DNA of 7,721 bases from Amoeboaphelidium protococcarum X5 (Eukaryota > Fungi > Aphelidiomycota): assembly GCA_023515725.1 (NCBI GenBank), contig JALDTO010000032.1, positions 1 through 7,721 on the forward strand. Reading direction: 5' to 3'. How positions within the stretch are numbered: the stretch's first letter is position 1; each line of letters opens with the position of its first letter. A program made the position numbers and the translations under genes. Below, piece by piece: positions 1-7,536 of the stretch. The notes beneath the pieces are model-generated. The model made no database searches. It worked only from the letters and a program-made list of their open reading frames with translations, and was not told where the DNA came from.

Positions 1-714
1 AATATTGTCCATATATTCATGTGAAGACGGTCTATGCGCATGACCATTAGTATCTATACCCAGGAGGTGCAGAAATATAACGAGACCATCTTGGTTCAGC
101 AACTCTCTTAGAGTACTATTGGTGGAAGAATCCTTGTACAACTAAGCAACTTTATCAAATGAAAATTAATCCAACAATCGAGCATCATGCATACCGAAAT
201 CTTCATCATGAGCATCGTACATGCACATCTCACCACTCTTGAATATGAGTAGAATATCAGGACTGCCAAAACTGAATGCAGCTCGACTCTAATTGAACAC
301 CGAATCAAATTCCACCGGATTCTCTTTCCAACCCTTCATTACCGCAGACACATCTTCATACAAGCCACCAATAATTGCCACATGACCAGGACGAGATTCA
401 GTGGGAACTCGAGTGTGACTGACGCCATGAGTGCCACAAGTAGAATAGATGCTTTTCAGAAATGGAGCATAGTCATAATCATACAGCTTATCAGCCCGGA
501 GACCATCGGCAACAACTAGCACCAAGCGTTTGGCAGGAGCCTCCATAGAACCATGTTACTTGAATGCAGAAGAGTGCTCAGACAGAGATCTAATAGAGTA
601 TTACTACATTCCATGCACTATGGGACTCTTGAAGTAAATATCGAATATACTCCACAAGTACATAAAGTGAAACACCACACCAATGACCATCAATTAAAGA
701 ACTGGGTTCATCAT
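1..714 (-). CDS. MCD4: GPI ethanolamine phosphate transferase 1 (MCD4/PIG-N), N-terminal 238 codons; continues beyond window start
   Basis: ATG at 714-712 (upstream in-frame TGA at 762-760). With TAR=Gln one uninterrupted frame reads [36 protein letters not shown]...[17 protein letters not shown]...[56 protein letters not shown]...[26 protein letters not shown], all PIG-N/Mcd4 hallmark motifs. 7 in-frame TAA/TAG, no TGA, no intron needed. Confidence 0.96.
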
Positions 715-839
715 ACTATCATTAATGTCTTCACTTAAACAGGTATTCTTTAAAAGATATCAATACAAAACTCAATACTAAAACAGGTACAACTAAGGAT
801 TAGATAGATGATGGAATATGAGATTTGAGAAGAATAGCA

Positions 840-887
840 CGGAGACATTTTCTCCGGGCTTGATTGAATTGGGAGAAATTTTCTCCG
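840..887. promoter_or_regulatory. Two 17-bp imperfect palindromes (CGG-N11-CCG type), candidate binding sites for a dimeric transcription factor
   Basis: CGGAGACATTTTCTCCG (840-856) and GGGAGAAATTTTCTCCG (871-887): 15/17 identical, 31 bp apart, 125-175 bp upstream of the MCD4 ATG. Function is inferred. Confidence 0.45.
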
Positions 888-1172
888 ACGCAGACTTTGA
901 CTTCGCAGTTGCAGCGCGGCACTTTTAAATGATGTATACCTCAATAATACGCATATTCTGATGTGCCTAAACTATTTTCAGCTCGAGTATAAAGTTGTGT
1001 GACTCAGGACTGAGGCCGAATGGGGTTTAAAACAGAAAATTTCATTACAGAATCGCGTTTTCCTCAAATTTTATCTCGCCCCACTCTTTCAGCATCATTC
1101 TTACACAGAGCAGCAGCACAGGAACGGCTGGGCAGCTAGTCATGTCTCGATAGAACGATGAAACACTTTTTT

Positions 1173-1203
1173 GAGAAAGAGAAAGAGAGAGAGAGAGGAA
1201 GAG
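1173..1203 (+). repeat. GA-rich polypurine microsatellite
   Basis: GAGAAAGAGAAAGAGAGAGAGAGAGGAAGAG, 31 consecutive purines, flanked by inverted repeat GATGAAAC (1157-1164)/GTTTCATC (1207-1214). Confidence 0.85.
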
Positions 1204-1320
1204 CGCGTTTCATCTTATGCAGACTTCATCCATCAGTGGTACAAAGTCGTTCGTTTCAAAAAAAAATTCTTCTTCTATTCCTTCAATGAAATTCATTCGC
1301 TCACTCAATTCTTTGCACTG

Positions 1321-1369
1321 GTGAGTGTATTGCATTGAATTCTCTCTAATCTGAAATTGCTGTCCACAG
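1321..1369 (+). other. Possible short 5'-UTR spliceosomal intron of the ARMH3-like gene
   Basis: Donor-like G|GTGAGT at 1321, branch-like CTAAT (~1346-1350), acceptor CACAG ending 1369; 49 nt, upstream of ATG 1436. Motif evidence only. Confidence 0.35.
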
Positions 1370-1435
1370 TTTTATCTAGTAAATTTAGCAAGCATTAAGA
1401 AAGGCATATTTGTCCAATTCTTAATCGAATCAAGT

Positions 1436-2371
1436 ATGTTGAAGGAGAAAGTTGTGACGCTGTATGAAAAGCTCTTGGACTGGGATGGAGATGCGCGGGA
1501 TGGCGATTTTAATTATGATGATATGCTGCTCTGTCCGCCTAATATTGAAGCTTTGTAAAGTTTAATTATGAAAAAGTTCAACTCTTAGTCGGTTCTCAAG
1601 AGTAGATTTATCCATAATTTCATTTGGAAATGCATTAGTAAATTTGATCATCATTACTCACCAGTCTGCGTGCATTCTGTCTAGACTGTAATTGGCCTGT
1701 TGGAATGTGTGAAGATTTTCAAGTTTCATCACTTTAATTATGTGATTCAAGTTATTTTTGATACTGACAATCTGAGCTAGGAAGTTACATAACTACTCGT
1801 GGCTGTAAATAGGTACATCATTCGTGAAAAGTAGCTGTATTAAAATGCTGCCGAGTTGCTGCTGGCTATCCTTACTCTAACTCCTAATTAGAATGAGAAT
1901 ATCATAATTTAAGCCATGATATCTGCGCCTAATACTGAGCTCATAGTTGAAGCATTGAAATTGATATGCCTTGAAAGAGCCGACTAAATCGAGTAGATTG
2001 GCTAGATTCGCTGGCTCAGTCTGGTTGGATTATTGATGCAATTCAGGGCTGATGAAGAACGAAATCAACTCAAGGATTATCTCTTTGGGAGGGAGATTGA
2101 ATCTTTAAATGAATCTATATTATCTCTAACTTTGGGCTTATTTAGCCTGATCTGCACCGGAAAGTCTCTTAATGGCTCAGATGCTGATTTGAGCGTACAG
2201 AATACTAATCAAAGTTCACCTGCCGTGTCGCCTCTTAGTCCAGTTGTAGAGGGAATTACTGGCCTCATTGGCAGGATAATACCTGTTTTTGCTCCACCAT
2301 CAGTTGATTATAAAGATGCTTCTGTTGGATCGACGTCTGATTTGTACCCAAGGTTGTGTAAACGTACTTGA
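1436..2371 (+). CDS. ARMH3: ARMH3/C10orf76 (UPF0668, armadillo-like helical protein) homolog, C-terminally truncated (311 aa)
   Basis: Open from ATG 1436 to TGA 2369-2371 with 12 in-frame TAR read as Gln. MLKEKVVTLYEKLL...DDMLLCPPNIEALQ...VHSVQTVIGLL...AAELLLAILTLTPNQNENIIIQAMI...LVGLLMQFRADEERN is collinear, from memory, with the ARMH3 N-terminus (LKEKVVLMYDEIF...VNALQTL...LKLLLCLVT...LLALLVNYRKYESVN). The C-terminal DUF1741 region is absent and the last ~8 codons are DBP9 sequence read out of frame. Confidence 0.75.
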
Positions 2372-3399
2372 TGTCTGCCACTCTTAATGCTGAAGTAGAT
2401 CTACTAAATTCGCAGCTGTTGAGGAATCCTGCTATTATCAAACTGGAGGATGGAGCGGATAACGTGTCCAATATTTAGCAGTTCATTTTTGAGTGTGAAG
2501 AGAGTGACAAGTTCCTATACCTATTCTACACTCTTAAAATGAAGTTACTGCGTGGTAAGTGTCTCATCTTTGCGAATGGAGTTGATCGTGGATACAAGCT
2601 AAAGCTATTCTTGGAGTAATTCTCTATTAAAAGCGGTGTATTGAATGCAGAGTTGCCAGAGAATTCTAAATTGAACGTGATCAAGCAGTTTAACAGAGGA
2701 GCATTTGACTACTTGATTGCGACTGAAGAAATCGCGGCTCAATCAACCAAAAAGATTGATGCTGAAAAGTCTCAGTTGGCTCATGAATCGTCCGTGTCTC
2801 GCGGCATAGACTTCAAGAATGTCGCGTGTGTTTGTAATTTGGATTTACCTCAATCTGTTAAAAATTACACTCATAGAATTGGTAGAACTGGCCGTGGAAA
2901 TAGTCGCGGTGTTGCGCTCTCGTTCATCACCTCGTCTGATCACAGAGTATTGAAGAAGATTGAGTACAAGTTTAAGGGATTGATTCATGAATTTAAACAG
3001 CTGGATAGGAAAGACGCTGAGAACTTTCGTTATAGATGCGATGATGTTATGAAGCAAGTGAAGAAGAAATCTGCCGTGAAAGATGCGCGCTTCAAAGAGC
3101 TGAAGGGAGAGCTGTTGAACAATGAAAAGTTGAAGGCTCACTTTAAGGAGAATCCAACTGATTTGAACGCAATCCGTCATGATAAACCTCTGAATGTTCT
3201 TAAAGCTTAACCATAGTTAAAGCATGTGCCAGAGTACCTTATGCCATCCAGTTTAGGGAAACGTACTGCGCCCATGTCGAAGCATGAGATTGACAAGATT
3301 GAATTCAAGAAGAGACGCGGTGGAGGTCGTCCATCTAAAAAGGCAAAAATCGATCCTCTAAAGTCTTTGAAGTTTAAACGTAAGTCAAAAGCGGCATGA
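2371..3399 (+). CDS. DBP9: ATP-dependent DEAD-box RNA helicase DBP9/DDX56, N-terminally truncated (motif III to C-terminus; possible pseudogene)
   Basis: With TAR=Gln: (PKVVQTYL)MSATLNAEV...NPAIIKLE...DKFLYLF...[41 protein letters not shown]...FNRGAFDYLIAT...VSRGIDFKNV...YTHRIGRTGRG...FRYRCDD...ELLNNEKLKAHFKENPTDL..IRHDKPL..AQPQLKHVPEYLMP...DPLKSLKFKRKSKAA, ending at TGA 3397-3399. Homology extends back to ~2347, with an in-frame TGA at 2338-2340. Q motif, Walker A and DEAD box are missing. First ATG is 2371 (342 aa). Confidence 0.92.
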
Positions 3400-3613
3400 G
3401 AATTTAATATATAATTATCAACAGTGAACTTACTGCTTTTCACATCGGCGTGATTTCGCAAACTCGGCCCCACTTTAAAATGGGAACACTCGTGCAGATC
3501 TTGAAATAATGAACCTATTTGCTTTGTTATAAAGAGAATTCACAAAATGGCTAAAAATGAGAGGAAATACATATATTCAAATTTTAATGTACCACGAGTC
3601 ATTAAATTATACG

Positions 3614-4076
3614 TCAGTGATGAATTAAATTGCTGTTCAACTAGAAGATGAGATGGCGCAGCTCACGAGCATTTAAAACTGCGGCGACGGGTAGAAGCAC
3701 AGTGTTACCAGCTTGCAACGTTTGCACTGTTTCAGCTCTTGCTATATTTGCAAACGCGTTCACGTGCAGGAACAAGCCTACGCCAAAAAGCCACACTCCC
3801 TACTAAATCAAAATTACAGTCAATATAGAAATTAAATCTTACCAACATCAAAGCAACAACTCTGGAAATGCTTAACTTTTTGTTTTGCTGTTGCGCAAGC
3901 AAATTGATATCTGCCCTCAACTCGGCAATTTCTTCCTGATGCTGTCTTCTTAACTCCGTCATTTCTTCCTGATGCAATCTTCTCATCTCAGCCATTGCCA
4001 GCTGAAATTCTTCACATCTCATACATGCAAATTCTCTGTTCTCTTAAACAAACGTAGATTCTTCCAAAGATGCCAT
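3614..4076 (-). CDS. Hypothetical ~140-aa protein, two exons (4076-3843, 3802-3614), coiled-coil plus hydrophobic segment
   Basis: ATG 4076: MASLEESTFVQENREFACMRCEEFQLAMAEMRRLHQEEMTELRRQHQEEIAELRADINLLAQQQNKKLSISRVVALML | intron | QGVWLFGVGLFLHVNAFANIARAETVQTLQAGNTVLLPVAAVLNARELRHLIFQLNSNLIHH, ending at TGA 3616-3614. No family recognised. The unspliced frame would stop at 3732. Confidence 0.55.
3803..3842 (-). other. Putative 40-nt GT-AG spliceosomal intron
   Basis: GTAAGATTTAATTTCTATATTGACTGTAATTTTGATTTAG: AT-rich, donor GTAAGA, branch-like TTGAC, acceptor TTTAG, phase 0. A tandem TAGTAG acceptor allows a 43-nt alternative. Confidence 0.55.
3928..3975 (-). repeat. 33-bp-period internal repeat encoding 11-residue coiled-coil units
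   Basis: ATTTCTTCCTGATGC occurs exactly at 3928-3942 and 3961-3975; protein EMRRLHQEEMT/ELRRQHQEEIA/ELRAD. Confidence 0.7.
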
Positions 4077-4445
4077 AACTATTTGATACTATATAAATTT
4101 GACGCGTTGCAATGATTGATTTGAAAGGAGTAGAAAGAAGGGCCAAAGGTGAAACAGAAAAATCGGCATCGGTGGCACTCTTCACATCGGGTGAAACCAC
4201 CAATCAGACGCTTTCCTACCTGTTCATTACGAACTCAAAACAGAAAAACGCGAAAAATAAAAAGCAATGGTGTAAGATAAAAATTGATACGCTTTGCCTT
4301 ATAATTTAAACTTCATTTAGTGTAGATCTTTTGTGTGTAATCAATGTCAAGAAACGATCAAGAAGCCTAAATTGGATCAACACGCTCAGAGGTGTAGAGG
4401 CGCGACGTTTTCGTGTATTGATTGTAGCACTGATTTCTATGGCAC

Positions 4446-4603
4446 TGTTTTGAAATGTGGTTGGAAAGACTAATAAGAGATGATCAATATATTACTACTA
4501 AGTGGTGTTAATGTCTAAAGTAAAGTGGTGATCGTCAGATCAGCGAGCGGATCAACCTAAACTAGGAAGCACCGAAGTGGCGCAGGGATCAATATCGCTA
4601 ACA
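4446..4603 (-). repeat. 3' LTR (start firm at 4603; distal end uncertain)
   Basis: Begins TGTTAG after the PPT. Candidate CA ends: AAAACA at 4446 (158 bp), CCACA at 4456, TTAACA at 4506. The second LTR is not in the window, so the boundary cannot be confirmed. Confidence 0.6.
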
Positions 4604-4613
4604 CTCCCACCTT
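4604..4613 (-). other. Polypurine tract (plus-strand primer) of the retrotransposon
   Basis: AAGGTGGGAG immediately followed by TGTTAG on the minus strand, ~55 nt after the pol stop. Confidence 0.8.
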
Positions 4614-4668
4614 GACGCACAACTAATGGAATGCCAAGCATAACACGCGTCAACAGCAAACTTTACTT

Positions 4669-7536
4669 TCACTAATCAAACACATCGACATCTTCAATAT
4701 CCTACTTTATCAATTTACTCATTCCAATAGCACTACGAAAATTGGAAATCTTATTCTTCGCACTCAATTTTGTCAAGCAATCAGCTTTGTTCTGATTAGT
4801 CGCAACATAATCAACTTTGACTTCTCCGTCCATTACCTTTTCACGAGCATACTGATACTTTATATCGATATGACGAGAGCGCGAGTTACTTGAGTTATTA
4901 TTCATTAGAGTGATGGCAGACTTGTTATCACAATTCAACTTTACTGGTCCACACTCCAACCCAATTTCTTCCATCAACATCTTCAGATAGTAACTCTGCT
5001 AAATAGCAGAGGACATGGCAACAAATTCGGCTTCACTACTGCTTAGAGTAACATTACTTTGCTTCTTGCTGAAATAATCTATAGTATTGCCGTACAAGGA
5101 CGCAATATAGCCAGTAGTAGACTTTCTATCAGCCGAAGTGCCAAAATCAGCATCGACATGTACCGATAAGACATCAACGTCGGAGTTCTTCTAAAAAGTT
5201 AATACTTCAAAACGCGACCAATGCAGGTATCTTGCTAGAGACACTGCAGCTTTCAGAGCATTCACATTAGGCTCCTAAAATTTTCTCACTAGTTGACCGA
5301 CAGCGTAAGAAATGTCTGGCCGAGAGGTGACCATCAAGTGCATCATCTCCCCAACCAGAGATCTAAAATCAATCTTCAATTCTGTGTCATTTAATCTTAC
5401 CTTGGGCCAGTCGTCTTCAACAGTCATAGGGGCCAGAACTTTGATGGATACATCAATATGATGCTTTTCAATCATTTTGACTATGTAGAGGTGATGACTT
5501 AGTTAGTGCAAAGAGTTATCATCATTACTAATTATTTCCATACCAAGTGCCCACTTTAACTTGCCACGCATATCGATTTTGTAATTCTCAGTCAAGTAAT
5601 CAGCTAATTGGGCTTTCAAATAATCAGCATTGCAGTTCAGTACAAAACAGTCATCTACAGTAGGAGTCAAAATAATGAATCCCTTCCCATCGTCAGAACG
5701 AGCGAAATATAGACATGGATCAACAGCACTTCGTGTTAAACCACCGCCTTTAATGCCAGAGGCCAGTTCCTCGTTCCAAAGCTTAGGCGCTTCTATCAAT
5801 CCATACATTCCTTTGTTCAATTTACCGACATAATCTTCTTTACCACGAACAACAAAACCTTCGGGCTAAGCTATGTAGACTACACTCTTCAACTTGGCCT
5901 GCAGAAAAGCAGTAATGAAATCCCAGTGGTCAATCGATGCAGAGTATTGAGCAGAGAGACCCAACAGTAATCTAAGTAGTGTATAGCCAGCAGAGGGAGC
6001 AAAGGCACTTTCAAAACTAAAGCCTTCAGTCTATTCAAAACCTCTCACTACTAATCTTGACTTGAATTCAGCCACAGAGTTATCTTCATTATACTTAACT
6101 CTATACACCCATTTAACAGACAAAATCTACATACCTTTCTCCTTCTTAACTAATGTCCAAGTTTCATTTTGGACGTGACCATTCATCTCCTTCTCCATGG
6201 ATACTTACCATTTGCTAGCATCAGGGCAATTAATCGCTTACTTATAGCTATGAGGTGTAAACACTTCTTGACTAGATACTAGATTTAGAGCCGCGTGATT
6301 CGCTCTTGCTCGCAATCTTGAACCAGAGAGGATGTTGCGACGATCCACATCGCAGCGGAGATTTAATTACTAATCGTCTAAGCCATTTTCCGCATCAACA
6401 TCAGAGCTATTCAAGCTCTCAAATTCAGATTCTTCTGTCTAATCAGCATCAGCATCTTAGTCAGATAGATGACTAACTTCAGATAGGGACAATTAACTAA
6501 TACTACTATAACTATCATAGGAGAATGCTGACTAAAATTCAGAGTCTGTTGCCATTGAACCTTCGTGTTCGCCAAAGAACATATCATACAAGGCTTCACC
6601 ATATGGTAGATCTGTCTCAGCAATGGCTTCATAGAACTTCGCACTGCGGCTTTTATAGAGCTTATCAGTTAGAGGGTCAATAAATCTATACCCATTATCC
6701 AGAAAGCCAATCAATTTCAACTTCATCCCACGAAACTCTCCTTTGGATCTCTTTTCCTTCGGGATATTTACCACGGAATCACTAAACCAAATCCTAAGGT
6801 ACTAAAGTGCGGGCTTTCTCCTAGTTAAGACTTGATAAGGAGACTTATCACCAGGGTTGGCTGAGCAAGGAAGACGATTGATCAAATAGGTTGCGGCATC
6901 AAACGCGTAGGTCCAGTATTTAAACGGGGCTTATGCATGAAGCATCATGGCATATGCTAGTTCTACTACTGTTCTGTGACTCCTTTCTACTTTACCTATT
7001 AGCTCCGGATTATATCCTATAGTCTCAGGCAAACGTATGCCTTCCTGCTGGCAATAAGCGATGAGGTCCTTCGACCTATAGATAGAAAAATCATCACCGC
7101 GCAATTCCCTCACAGACTTTCCGTAGCTCTTGATAATGCTACAATAATCCCTCAACAAATCCACGAAACCATCCTAAGATGAGACAAGGTATGAGACATG
7201 AAAATTACTACCGGCATCTATAAAACCAACTCTACCGGTACAACCATCAGCGCTTCTTTTAGTCTGCGATAAAGGACCCCAATAGTCCACATAAGCGCAT
7301 TCTCCAACAGCAGGCCTATATTCCCGGGAAGTGTTGAATGGTAATTTCTTACTTTTGGCTATGTCACAAGACATACATTCAAGTTTCGCTCCAAGAGGAA
7401 TATCAATATTCAAATCGTTTGCAGTATGACCAATCTTCTTTAGTCTATCTAAACCAACATGCCCTAAACGGCAGTGCCACGTGACAACTTTCCCAGCTGA
7501 ATCGGCACTGATTGCTATCCTGTTAGAGGTGACTAG
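4669..7536 (-). CDS. pol: Copia-type Pol polyprotein (integrase, RVT_2 reverse transcriptase, RNase H), 955 TGA-free codons; disrupted upstream
   Basis: Six fragments of the ORF track are in one frame and join when TAR=Gln (20 in-frame TAR). Motifs: WHCRLGH..CMSC (HHCC); YVDYWGP/LRGDD/GKVERSHRT (DDE); WTYAFDAATYLINRLP; TPHSYKQA; KWVYRVK; KSRLVVRGFEQ; WDFITAFLQA; YIAQPEGF; KGMYGLIEAPKLWN; TVDD; SRPDISYAV; VDADFG..DRKSTTGY; SSSEAEFVA; CDNKSAI; RHIDIKY; ADCLTK. Terminal TGA at 4671-4669. In-frame TGA at 7539-7537 and 7707-7705 upstream. Confidence 0.93.

Noticed and set aside
737-789. Direct repeat AAACAGGTA (737-745, 781-789)
   Set aside because: Only 9 bp in AT-rich DNA; cannot be distinguished from chance.
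108-944. Track ORFs 108-308(-), 553-738(+), 750-944(-)
   Set aside because: Off-frame or antisense shadows of MCD4, or a TTG-started intergenic ORF with no recognisable features.
1005-1250. Hammerhead, snRNA, SECIS or TPP-riboswitch-like fragments (CTGAGGCCGAA; minus-strand CTGATGG...GAAAC; ACAGAG)
   Set aside because: The required core motifs and stem arrangements are incomplete.
1042-1296. Short minus-strand ORFs (MNFIEGIEEEFFF..., MTSCPAVPVLL...)
   Set aside because: About 30 codons each, with no splice model or homology to support them.
2555-2560. GTAAGT donor-like motif in DBP9
   Set aside because: The reading frame is continuous and matches the conserved LxRGKxLIF motif; no intron needed.
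2265-3473. Minus-strand ORFs 2265-2471, 2845-3180, 3207-3473
   Set aside because: Antisense to the ARMH3-like and DBP9 coding sequences.
4012-4309. ORFs 4012-4203(-) and 4112-4309(+)
   Set aside because: No homology or protein-like motifs recognised; they overlap the probable promoter and 5' end of the 4076 gene.
5630-6644. ORFs 5630-5833(+) and 6411-6644(-)
   Set aside because: Antisense or alternate-frame shadows within pol.
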